A stretch of 50,892 nucleotides of DNA from Gaiellaceae bacterium. Its GTDB lineage: Bacteria > Actinomycetota > Thermoleophilia > Gaiellales > Gaiellaceae. The position numbers and the translations under genes are program-made. The stretch lies in assembly GCA_035630135.1 (NCBI GenBank), contig DASQLF010000172.1, forward strand, positions 1-50,892, given 5' to 3'. The stretch's first letter is position 1. Every line of letters begins with the position of its first letter. Positions 34,072 to 42,392 of the stretch are shown piece by piece. The notes below the pieces were generated by a model, which was not told the origin of the DNA, did not search any database, and saw nothing but the letters and a program-made list of their open reading frames with translations.

Positions 34072-34320
34072 ATGGCGACTTCCCGTGAGGAGATCCTCGA
34101 GCAGGTGAAAGGCGCGCTGAGCGAGAAGCTCGGCATCGACGAGAGCGAGATCACGGATGAGGCCTCCTTCGAGGAGGATCTCGGCGCCGACTCACTCGAT
34201 CTCGTGGAGGTCGTCATGGATCTCGAAGACCAGTTCGGACTGAAGATTCCCGACGAGGACGCGCGCGAGCTCACGACCGTCGGCAAGGCGATCGACTACG
34301 TCATCGCACACCAGGGCTGA
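34072..34320 (+). CDS. acpP: acyl carrier protein
   Basis: LGADSLDLVEVVMDLEDQFG phosphopantetheine attachment motif. Confidence 0.96.
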   Translation: MATSREEILEQVKGALSEKLGIDESEITDEASFEEDLGADSLDLVEVVMDLEDQFGLKIPDEDARELTTVGKAIDYVIAHQG

Positions 34321-34375
34321 GCTGGACTCGGAAGGCTCCGACGCGGCCGTAGCCGGTTCGGCCGAGCTCGGCCGG

Positions 34376-35038
34376 TTGATCTCGGAACTCCCTCCGCAAC
34401 GCTTGGCGCAGGTCTTCACGCACACGTCGTGGGTCGACGACCGCGCGGCGTCGTACGAGCGCCTCGAGTTCCTGGGCGACAGCGTCCTCGAGCTCGCGAT
34501 CGCACGGGCGGTCTTCGACCGCTTCAGCGCCGCGTCTGAGGGTCGGCTCGCGAAGGTGCGGGCGCACGTCGTCTCTCGCCAGGCCTGCGCGGCAGTCGCG
34601 AAGGAGCTGGGGCTCGGCGACCAGCTGCTCCAACATGCGGGCAACGCGCCGCAGGACGAGCTGCAACGGATCTCGCGCAGCCGGAACGTCCTCGCCGCCG
34701 TGCTCGAAGCGGCGATCGCGGCCGTCTATCTCGAGCACGGCTTCGAGGCGATCGAGCCGGCGATCGTCGACGCGTTCTCGGAGCGGATCGAGTACGCGCG
34801 CTCCAGTCACGTCGATTACAAGACGGAGCTGCAGGAGGCGCTCGCGCGCACCGGGCGCCATGTCCACTACACGGTGCTCGAGGTCGAGGGCCCGCCGCAC
34901 GACCGCAAGTTCGTGTGCGCTGCTCACGTCGCGGGCGAGCAACTCGGCATCGGCCGCGGTTCGACCAAGAAGGCGGCCGAGCAGGAAGCAGCGATGCAGG
35001 CGCTCGACGCGCTCGGCGTCGTGCCGGAGCGCATCTAG
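34376..35038 (+). CDS. rnc: ribonuclease III
   Basis: ERLEFLGDSVLELAIA signature plus a C-terminal dsRBD (GPPHDRKF...GRGSTKKAAEQEAA). The start is TTG 34376 (first start codon in the frame); a CTG at 34322 is also conceivable. Confidence 0.92.
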   Translation: MISELPPQRLAQVFTHTSWVDDRAASYERLEFLGDSVLELAIARAVFDRFSAASEGRLAKVRAHVVSRQACAAVAKELGLGDQLLQHAGNAPQDELQRISRSRNVLAAVLEAAIAAVYLEHGFEAIEPAIVDAFSERIEYARSSHVDYKTELQEALARTGRHVHYTVLEVEGPPHDRKFVCAAHVAGEQLGIGRGSTKKAAEQEAAMQALDALGVVPERI

Positions 35039-35083
35039 CCGTAGTCGCCTGACCGTCCGGGCCGGCCGCGAGAATCCTGCCCG

Positions 35084-37732
35084 GTGCACCTGCGCACGCT
35101 TCGCATCCGTGGCTTCAAGTCGTTTCCCGATGGGCTCGAGCTCGAGCTCGAGCCGGGCGTCGCGGTCGTCGTCGGACCGAACGGCTCCGGCAAGTCGAAC
35201 ATCGCCGACGCGATCGTCTGGGCTGCCGGATCGCTGACGCCGTCCGAGCTTCGCGCCGAGAAGCCGGACGACGTGTTGTTCGCGGGGGGCGCAGACCGAA
35301 AGGCCGCCGAGCATTGCGAGGTGGAGCTCGTGTTCGACAACGAGGACGGCGCCTGGCCCGACCTCGACTTCTCGGAGGTTTCGATCTCGCGGCGGCTCGT
35401 GCGCGGCGGCGAAGGGCAATACCTCGTCAACCGCGCGGCAGTGCGCCGCACCGATCTCGTCGAGATCCTGTCCGATGTCGGTCTCGGCTCGGCGATGCAC
35501 TCGATCGTGGGCCAGGGGAAGGTCGAGCAGGTGCTGGCATCCAAGGCGGAGGACCGGCGCGCGTTCGTCGAGGAGGCCGCCGGGCTCGGCAAGTTCAAGA
35601 GGCGCAGGCACCGCGCCGAGCTCAAGCTCGCCCGCGTCGCCATCCAGGTCGAGCGCTCTCGCGACGTCGAGGAGGAGGTGCGCAAGCGCCTGCGGCCGTT
35701 GGCGCTGCAGGCCACTGCTGCCGAGCGTGCCGAGAAGCTCGGCCGCGAGGTCTCCGGCCTACGCGCCCGGGTCGCACAGCTCGATCTCGCCGACTCCGGC
35801 GGCCGGCGCGCGGCGGCCCAGGAGCGGCGTGACGCGGCGGCGTTCGCAAAGCGTGGGGCGCAGGGACGGCTCGAGGGACTGCTCGCCGACCGTGCACGGG
35901 CCGAGGACGAGCTCTCCGACGCGGCCGGGAGGCGCGAGGCGGCGGTCGCGGCCCGCTATCGGCTCCAGGGCGGCGTCGAGCGGCTTGGGCTCCGCGCCGA
36001 GTCGGCGGTGGCTCTGCTCGAGCGGTTTCGGGCCGAGTCGCCGGCTGGCGAGGACGAGACGGATCGAAGCGACGTGGCCCGCCTCGAGCGCGAGGCGGCG
36101 CATGCGGCCGAGGCTGCGCGGAGCGCCGAGCGCGAGCGCGTCGGGCTGTCCGAGCGCGCAGCGCTCGTACACGACCGCATGCGCGCGCTCGAGCAGGCCC
36201 TCGCCGAGCAGGAGGGCCTGCCGCCGGCTGCGCGCGCGTTCGCCGAGGATGGTGCGAGGCTCGCCCTCGCCGCACTTGACGTTCCTTCCGGGACGGAGCG
36301 CGCCGTCGCGGCCGCGCTTCGCTCACGTGCGGCCGCGGTTCTCGCCGACACTCCGGAGGGCGGCCTCGCTCTCTTGCAGCGCGCCCGCGCGGCCGGGCTC
36401 GGGAGTCTCACCGTCCTCGCCGGACGCGCGCCGCACGAGCTCGTCTCCGAGTTCCCGGTCGTGCAGCTCGACGCGCTGCTCGACGTGACCGAGCCCTCGG
36501 TCACGTCGGAAGGTTTCGGATATGACCCGGCCCGAGGCGAGCTCTGGTTCGTGGGCGAGACGGCCGAGGCGGTTCTCCTCGAGCTGCAGAGCCGGCGAAC
36601 GGCGCTCGCAGCCGAGGCGGCGTCGCTCGACGACGAGGTCGCCTCCGCCACCCGAGTGGCCGAGGCTGCGTCGGAACGCGCGCGTGCCACGGAGGAGGCG
36701 CTCGGGCGCGCGCCGCGGCTTCGCGTCTCGACGATCGACCGCGTGACCCTCGCCCGGCTCGTGGCGCTCGCGGAGTCTCTCCACGACGGCATCTCTGCGG
36801 CACGGCACGCAGCGGATCGCTTCGAGGCGCCGCTGCGGGCACGCGTCGACGCCGGGGCGACGCGCTCCGGCGACCTGGGGGAGGAGCTTCGACGGCTCGG
36901 TGCCGCCGAGGTGAATCTCAGGCGCGAGCTCGAGGAAGCGAGCGCCTCGGTCACGGCAGGTGAGGTCGAGATCGCCCGGATAGACGCCGAGGTCGCGGAC
37001 GCGACACGACGTCTCGACTCCGCCGGCGACGTCGAGCGGGCCGAAGGAGACGATCGCGACGAGCTCGTCGCGCGCGCCGACCGGCTCGAGACGCGACGCG
37101 CGACGCTGGGGCAGGTCAACCCCCTCGCGCGCGAGGAGTACGAGGCCGAGAAGGAGCGCCTGGACGACCTGAAGACGCAGCGCGCAGACCTCGAGCAAAG
37201 CCTCGAGGAGCTCGAGAAGCTCCGCACCGAGCTGACCGCGACCGTCGAGCGCCGCTTTGCCGAGACGTTCGCCTCGGTAGCGGAGCACTTCGAGGAGGTC
37301 TCGTCGACGCTCTTCCCCGGAGGGGAAGGCCGCCTCCGGCTCGTCGAACCGGAGGAGGATGGCGCCGAGCCCGGCATCGAGGTCGAACTGCGGCCGGCGG
37401 GCAAGCGGATAACGCGCCTCTCGCTGCTGTCAGGAGGCGAGAAGGCGCTGGGCGCGATCTCATTCCTGTTCGCGCTCTTCCTCGCGAGGCCGTGCGCCTT
37501 CTACCTGCTCGACGAGGTGGAGGCGGCCCTTGACGACACGAACATCGCGCGCTTCGTCGAACTTCTCCGCCGCTACTCCGACCGGGCGCAATTCGTGGTC
37601 GTCACCCACCAGAAGAGGACGATGGAGGCCGCGGATATCCTCTACGGCGTGACGATGGGCCCCGACGGCGTGTCGCAGGTGGTCTCGCGGCGCCTTCCGC
37701 AGCACGAGCAGTCCCTCGCCGCCACCGCGTGA
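35084..37732 (+). CDS. smc: chromosome segregation protein SMC, unusually short (882 aa)
   Basis: GPNGSGKSNIADAI Walker A, LSGGEKALGAISFLFALF signature, FYLLDEVEAALD Walker B, Ala/Arg/Glu-rich coiled-coil arms, and a reduced central hinge-like segment. Confidence 0.9.
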   Translation: MHLRTLRIRGFKSFPDGLELELEPGVAVVVGPNGSGKSNIADAIVWAAGSLTPSELRAEKPDDVLFAGGADRKAAEHCEVELVFDNEDGAWPDLDFSEVSISRRLVRGGEGQYLVNRAAVRRTDLVEILSDVGLGSAMHSIVGQGKVEQVLASKAEDRRAFVEEAAGLGKFKRRRHRAELKLARVAIQVERSRDVEEEVRKRLRPLALQATAAERAEKLGREVSGLRARVAQLDLADSGGRRAAAQERRDAAAFAKRGAQGRLEGLLADRARAEDELSDAAGRREAAVAARYRLQGGVERLGLRAESAVALLERFRAESPAGEDETDRSDVARLEREAAHAAEAARSAERERVGLSERAALVHDRMRALEQALAEQEGLPPAARAFAEDGARLALAALDVPSGTERAVAAALRSRAAAVLADTPEGGLALLQRARAAGLGSLTVLAGRAPHELVSEFPVVQLDALLDVTEPSVTSEGFGYDPARGELWFVGETAEAVLLELQSRRTALAAEAASLDDEVASATRVAEAASERARATEEALGRAPRLRVSTIDRVTLARLVALAESLHDGISAARHAADRFEAPLRARVDAGATRSGDLGEELRRLGAAEVNLRRELEEASASVTAGEVEIARIDAEVADATRRLDSAGDVERAEGDDRDELVARADRLETRRATLGQVNPLAREEYEAEKERLDDLKTQRADLEQSLEELEKLRTELTATVERRFAETFASVAEHFEEVSSTLFPGGEGRLRLVEPEEDGAEPGIEVELRPAGKRITRLSLLSGGEKALGAISFLFALFLARPCAFYLLDEVEAALDDTNIARFVELLRRYSDRAQFVVVTHQKRTMEAADILYGVTMGPDGVSQVVSRRLPQHEQSLAATA

Positions 37733-38676
37733 GCTACACCTGGTCGGAGCTTCTCGGCGACGATCTCAGGCCGGAGGACGAACCCGAGCGGACGGGCTTC
37801 TTCGCCCGCATGCGCGACTCGCTCGCGAAGAGTCGCGTCGCGCTGACGGCCGAGCTCGCGTCGGCAGGTTTCGACGCGTCGGACGACGAGGCGTGGGAGC
37901 GGCTCGAGGAGGCGCTGATTCGGAGCGACGTGGGCGTGCCGGCGACGGCCGAGCTTGTGCGGCGGCTCGAGGCCCGCGGGATCGCCGGCGACCTCGAAGA
38001 GCCTCTCGTCTCCGAGGTGGAGACGCTCTTCGGCGCGCCGCCGACGCTTTCGGTCGCCGCAAGGCCGAGCGTGATCCTCGTCGTCGGCGTGAACGGCACC
38101 GGCAAGACGACGACGATCGGCAAGCTCGCGCGCAAGCTCTCGGAGCACGGCCGCTCGGTGCTCGTCGGGGCAGCTGACACGTTTCGGGCGGCTGCCGAGG
38201 AGCAGCTCGAGATCTGGGCCGAGCGCTCGGGCGCGGACTTCGTCGGTGCTCCTCGCGGCGCGGATCCGGCGGCCGTGGCGTTCGACGCGGTGGAGGCCGC
38301 GCGGGCGCGGAGCCGCGACGTCGCGATCATCGACACGGCCGGGCGCCTGCACACGCAGGCGAACCTGATGGCCGAGCTCGAGAAGGTCCAGCGGGTCATC
38401 GCCGGTCGCATCGAGGGCGCTCCGCACGAGACCTTGCTCGTGGTCGACGCGACGACGGGCCAGAACGGGCTCCAGCAGGCCAAGCTCTTCGGCGCTGCCG
38501 CAGGAGTGACCGGCGTCGCGCTCACGAAGCTCGACGGCAGCGCGCGAGGGGGCGTCGCGATCGCGATCGCCGTGGAGCTGGGTCTCCCGGTGAAGCTCGT
38601 CGGCGTCGGCGAGGGCATCGACGACCTGAGGCCCTTCGATGCCGGCGACTACGCACGCGCGCTGATTTCCCCCTGA
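37729..38676 (+). CDS. ftsY: signal recognition particle receptor FtsY
   Basis: GTG 37729 overlaps the smc stop (GTGA). GVNGTGKTTTIGKLA, DTAGRLH and TKLDGSARGG. Confidence 0.95.
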   Translation: MSYTWSELLGDDLRPEDEPERTGFFARMRDSLAKSRVALTAELASAGFDASDDEAWERLEEALIRSDVGVPATAELVRRLEARGIAGDLEEPLVSEVETLFGAPPTLSVAARPSVILVVGVNGTGKTTTIGKLARKLSEHGRSVLVGAADTFRAAAEEQLEIWAERSGADFVGAPRGADPAAVAFDAVEAARARSRDVAIIDTAGRLHTQANLMAELEKVQRVIAGRIEGAPHETLLVVDATTGQNGLQQAKLFGAAAGVTGVALTKLDGSARGGVAIAIAVELGLPVKLVGVGEGIDDLRPFDAGDYARALISP

Positions 38677-38784
38677 GGAGGGGCGAGAATCACTCGAACG
38701 AGGGCTATTGCTCGTTGCACGTGTCGTCCCGCCCACGTACGCTGTGTCCGTCCCTGGACGCGACGCGGGTAAGGAGGACTGGGA

Positions 38785-39129
38785 ATGGCTGTCGCGATGA
38801 CCATGCACTGGCCGGGCTTGACGTCCGATCAGTACGACGCTGTCATGGCCAAGCTCGGCCTCGATGCGAATCCGCCCGCAGGAGCGATCCTGCACGTCGC
38901 GTCCGAGACCGACCACGGCATCGAGGTCTTCGATGTCTGGCAGACGGAGCAGGCGTTCAACAGCTTCTTGCAGCAGCGCATGCTTCCCGTGGTGAGCGAG
39001 CTGGGGATCGCCGGCGAGCCGGAGATCTCGATCGTCCCGATGCACAACCTCTATGCCGCCGACCCGCACGTGATCGACCGGATCGGCGCGATCTCGCTTC
39101 CCGCGGCCGTGGCGAGCTGGGCCAGCTGA
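38785..39129 (+). CDS. small ABM-like (dimeric alpha/beta-barrel) hypothetical protein
   Basis: Strong SD TAAGGAGG upstream of ATG 38785. The pattern ...IEVFDVWQTEQAFNSFLQQRMLPVVSELGI.GEPEISIVPMH resembles antibiotic-biosynthesis-monooxygenase-fold proteins. Confidence 0.6.
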   Translation: MAVAMTMHWPGLTSDQYDAVMAKLGLDANPPAGAILHVASETDHGIEVFDVWQTEQAFNSFLQQRMLPVVSELGIAGEPEISIVPMHNLYAADPHVIDRIGAISLPAAVASWAS

Positions 39130-39134
39130 TTCAG

Positions 39135-39162
39135 CGGAGGCGCGTCGCTCGGCGCGCCTCCG
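39135..39162 (+). terminator. perfect 10-bp GC hairpin after the ABM-like gene
   Basis: CGGAGGCGCG-tcgctcgg-CGCGCCTCCG, 6 nt after the stop codon. Confidence 0.55.
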
Positions 39163-39179
39163 AGAACTAGGATCGCGGG

Positions 39180-39395
39180 ATGAGCGAACGTCGCGGCACC
39201 GCAGTCGCGTTCGGCCCGGTCGGGATCGGGGGGTGGGCGCTGCTGATCCTCGGCGTGATCCTCCGCCGCAGGCTCGTCGCCGCCGTCGGTCTCACGGCTG
39301 TCATCGCTGACCTCACGGTCGCCGAGCTCGGCGGCTTCAAGGCGATGAACGAGCCTGGTAGCGCCGACGAGCCTAGTGTCCTCCGCCCGGAGTGA
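39180..39395 (+). CDS. possible small two-TM membrane protein (71 aa)
   Basis: AGGA ~10 nt upstream of the ATG. Hydrophobic segments GIGGWALLILGVIL and LVAAVGLTAVIADL. Its 3' end overlaps the convergent 83-aa gene by 23 nt, so it could be spurious. Confidence 0.35.
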   Translation: MSERRGTAVAFGPVGIGGWALLILGVILRRRLVAAVGLTAVIADLTVAELGGFKAMNEPGSADEPSVLRPE

Positions 39396-39624
39396 TGATC
39401 ACCTTGTAGGCGGTCGGCCCCGGGTTGCCCACACGCACCTCGATCCGACTCACGTCGAAGAAGGTGTCGCGAAGTCCCGGCGCGCCGTAGTACGCGCGAT
39501 ACGCCGCGTCGGCGATTGCCCGTGAGAGACCGGTGTCGATCGACAGCTGGTTGTCCGACTCGACCTCGACGAGCCCTTCGAACGCCTTGACCTCGTGTCC
39601 ACGACCGTCGTCACCGTTGGACAT
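39373..39624 (-). CDS. small soluble hypothetical protein (83 aa), dodecin-like sequence pattern
   Basis: AAGGAG SD upstream of ATG 39624. It lies 29 nt downstream of the STAND gene on the same strand. FEGLVEVES...AIADAAYRAY...FFDVSRIEVRVGNPGPTAYKVIIT resembles the beta-alpha-beta-beta dodecin layout; this is a by-eye comparison only. Confidence 0.55.
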   Translation of the reverse strand: MSNGDDGRGHEVKAFEGLVEVESDNQLSIDTGLSRAIADAAYRAYYGAPGLRDTFFDVSRIEVRVGNPGPTAYKVIITPGGGH

Positions 39625-39653
39625 TGCCGCTCCTTTCGTTGAACCGCGCGAGC

Positions 39654-42347
39654 CTACTCTGTTGCGCGCGCACGAACAAGAGGCCCGTCGGCGGCATCCT
39701 CGACGCGTCCCGCCCCTCGTAGTCTCTCGTACACGTCGTTGCCAAGCGCGTCGATGACGCCGGGCAGGAAGCGCGCCTCGATCGCCGGCTCCGCGTACTC
39801 GAGAGGACTCCCGCCGCGTAGCTTGTCCGCCTCACCCCAGAGCCTGGCCGCATCCTCCGGTCGGCCACTCGCAGCGGCATGTCCGCCCAGGGCACAGAGA
39901 CACTCGGCACGGCTCCGATCGTCTGCCAGATCGGTGTACGTACCCAGGCTCTCGGTGAGGCGGTCGTGCGCTTGGGCCGTGTCGCCTTGCAGGAGGTCGA
40001 CGGCTCCGAGCATGCAGAGCGCCGCGGCTCTGTAGAGGGTGTCACCCAGCCTGTCGGCAAGCTCGAGCGTCGCCTCGAATGCCTCGGCGCTTCGCGGCAA
40101 GTCGCCCGCTGCGAACGACGAGACGCCGAGGTGGTACGTCGAGTCGGTCACGAGGGTTGCGTCCCCGATCGCCCGCCGAAGCTCGAGCGCCTCCTCCGAG
40201 TGCCCCACTGCCTGCTCGAACTCGCCCCGTATCCGGGAGACCTCCGCGACGATGGCGAGCACTCCGGATGTGGTTCGCGGTTCTCCGAGCTCGCGTGCGA
40301 TGGCGAGGGCTTCGTCGCACAGCCGTGCCGCACGAGCTCCGTCCCCCTGGCGGAGGGCGACGAACCCGAGCTCGGAGAGGGCGAAGGCGACGTCGCGCTG
40401 TCGTCCTTGCTCGCGGAAGAGCGCGAGCGCCTGCTCGAGCAGGGGCACCACGGCATCCCAGGCGCTCTGGGCAGCGGCCTGGCGCGCTGATGTCCAGAGC
40501 GCGTTCGCGCGGACATCAGGAGCAAGGTTCGTCCCGAGCTCGAGGCCGAGTGACAGCAGCCGGCGCGCCTCGCCGACATGGGCATGTGCGCGCCAGAACC
40601 GCTCGAGTGCCGAGACGGCACGGAGAGCGTCCTCTGCACGACCGGACGCGAGCAGCCAGTCGAGTGCCGTCGTCAGGTTGTCGAACTCGTGGTCGAGCCG
40701 CTGGAGCCAGTCCGCCTGTTCCGGTCCGGCGAGGTGCTGCTCCGCGTCGAGGGCAAGCTGCAGGAAGCGCTCGGCGTGTCGTTGCCGCAGGTCGTCGAGC
40801 AAGCCCGTGTCACGAAGGTGGCCGAGTGCGTGCTCGCGCACCGTCTCGAGCATCGACAAGCGGACCGAGCCGTCCGAGGCATCGCTGCGAATCAGGCTCC
40901 AACCGACGAGCGCTTCGAGGTCGGCGAGGAAGGTCGAGTCGTCGGCGGCAAGCGCACGCGCGTCGGCGAGCAGAGCGCCGTCGGAGAAGACGGCCAGCGT
41001 GCCGTGCAATGCCTGCTGGCTCGATGTCAACCGCTCGTAACTCCAGTCGATCGCCGCACGTAGCGTGCGCTGGCGCTGCGGCAGGTCGACTGGCCCTTCC
41101 ATCTCCAGCGCGAGTCCGCTCTCGAGCGCGCGCACGATCTCGGCGGGCGGCAGGAGCACGAGGCGCGCTGCGACGAGCTCGATCGCGAGCGGAAGCCCGT
41201 CCAGGCGACGGCAGATCACCTCGACCGAGGCGAGCGCATCGTCCCTGAGCACGACGCCTCGCGCCGCAGCGAGCTCGACGAAGAGCGTCGCAGCGTCCTC
41301 GATCGACAGCGGCTCGAGCGGGAGCAGGTGCTCGGTCGTCAGTCGGAGCGGCGTGCGGCTCGTCGCGAGTACCTGGAGGTCCGGTGCGCGGTCGAGAAGC
41401 TCGGCGACGCATGTGGCCGCTTCCGTCAGGTGCTCGAGGTTGTCGAGGTAGAGGAGCGTGCCCGTGCCGTTGAGCCGCTCCGCGACCGCCTCGACGAGTG
41501 GCTGGCTCCCCGACTCGCGCACGCCGAGTGCTCGCGCGATCGCGTTCGGGACGAGCTCCGCGTCGGTTACGGGCGCGAGCCCGACGAGGTGCACCGGGCG
41601 GTCGATCGCGGCGCCGGCGGCGATCTCGAGCGCCAACCGGCTCTTCCCTGTCCCGCCCGGTCCGATGATCGTCACGAGTCGGACGTTGGGTGCCTGGAGC
41701 ATCCCTTCGACGCGGGCCAGCGCTTCGTCTCGCCCGACGAGCCGGTGGTGGAGTGCGGGCAGGCTCGTTGCACTGAGCGTCTTCAGGGGTGGGAATTCCT
41801 CCCGCATGTCCGGTGCCCGCAGTTGGAAGAGCTGCACCGGTGAGGGGACGTCCTTGAGCCGGTGACGGCCGAGCTCGCGATAGGTCGCGCCCGGCACGGG
41901 CTCGTCCCCGGCCATGTCGCGGGTCGCCCGGGAGACGACGACCTGCTCGCCGTGCGCGGCGCCGCAGATCCGTGACGCGATGACCACGTCGATGCCCAGG
42001 TACCCCTCGTGGCCGAGTTCGGGCTCGCCGGTGTGGATGCCGATCCGCAGCCGGTGCGCCTCTTCGTCGGGCCACGGCTCCGCGGCGAGCGAGCGGTGGA
42101 TCTGCGCTGCCGCGGCAACGGCCGCGCGCGCACGCGAGAACGCAAGGAAGACGCCGTCGCCGGCCCAGTCGACCTCGGCGCCGTCGTGCGCGCGCGCTGC
42201 CTCGCGGACGAGCTCGCGCATTCGGGTCCGGGCCGGGCCAAAGCGCTCGCCGAGCAGGTTCAGGAGTCGCGTCGAACCCTCGACGTCGGCGAAGACCAGC
42301 GTCACCGTGCCATCGGGCAAGCGTTTGGACATGTCCTGCCCAGTCAC
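39654..42347 (-). CDS. multidomain signalling protein: class III nucleotide-cyclase-like domain + STAND/NB-ARC-type P-loop ATPase + C-terminal TPR array
   Basis: [15 protein letters not shown] and [10 protein letters not shown] (cyclase metal Asp positions), [15 protein letters not shown] Walker A (41641-41670), [10 protein letters not shown] Walker B, and long repeats of the A..AL......G......A..L type. The start is GTG 42347 or ATG 42332. Confidence 0.85.
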   Translation of the reverse strand: MTGQDMSKRLPDGTVTLVFADVEGSTRLLNLLGERFGPARTRMRELVREAARAHDGAEVDWAGDGVFLAFSRARAAVAAAAQIHRSLAAEPWPDEEAHRLRIGIHTGEPELGHEGYLGIDVVIASRICGAAHGEQVVVSRATRDMAGDEPVPGATYRELGRHRLKDVPSPVQLFQLRAPDMREEFPPLKTLSATSLPALHHRLVGRDEALARVEGMLQAPNVRLVTIIGPGGTGKSRLALEIAAGAAIDRPVHLVGLAPVTDAELVPNAIARALGVRESGSQPLVEAVAERLNGTGTLLYLDNLEHLTEAATCVAELLDRAPDLQVLATSRTPLRLTTEHLLPLEPLSIEDAATLFVELAAARGVVLRDDALASVEVICRRLDGLPLAIELVAARLVLLPPAEIVRALESGLALEMEGPVDLPQRQRTLRAAIDWSYERLTSSQQALHGTLAVFSDGALLADARALAADDSTFLADLEALVGWSLIRSDASDGSVRLSMLETVREHALGHLRDTGLLDDLRQRHAERFLQLALDAEQHLAGPEQADWLQRLDHEFDNLTTALDWLLASGRAEDALRAVSALERFWRAHAHVGEARRLLSLGLELGTNLAPDVRANALWTSARQAAAQSAWDAVVPLLEQALALFREQGRQRDVAFALSELGFVALRQGDGARAARLCDEALAIARELGEPRTTSGVLAIVAEVSRIRGEFEQAVGHSEEALELRRAIGDATLVTDSTYHLGVSSFAAGDLPRSAEAFEATLELADRLGDTLYRAAALCMLGAVDLLQGDTAQAHDRLTESLGTYTDLADDRSRAECLCALGGHAAASGRPEDAARLWGEADKLRGGSPLEYAEPAIEARFLPGVIDALGNDVYERLRGAGRVEDAADGPLVRARATE

Positions 42348-42392
42348 GTCCCGAGTCTAGGAGCGAAGAGGCTGGGCGTACACTTCCGAGCC

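Noticed and set aside
34353-34377. Perfect 14-nt palindrome GGCCGAGCTCGGCC (34360-34373), flanked by direct CCGGTT repeats, between acpP and rnc.
   Set aside because: It could be a small acpP terminator hairpin (5-bp stem, AGCT loop), but the stem is short. It lies within a possible alternative 5' extension of rnc, and such GC palindromes are common in this composition. The evidence is insufficient to call a feature.
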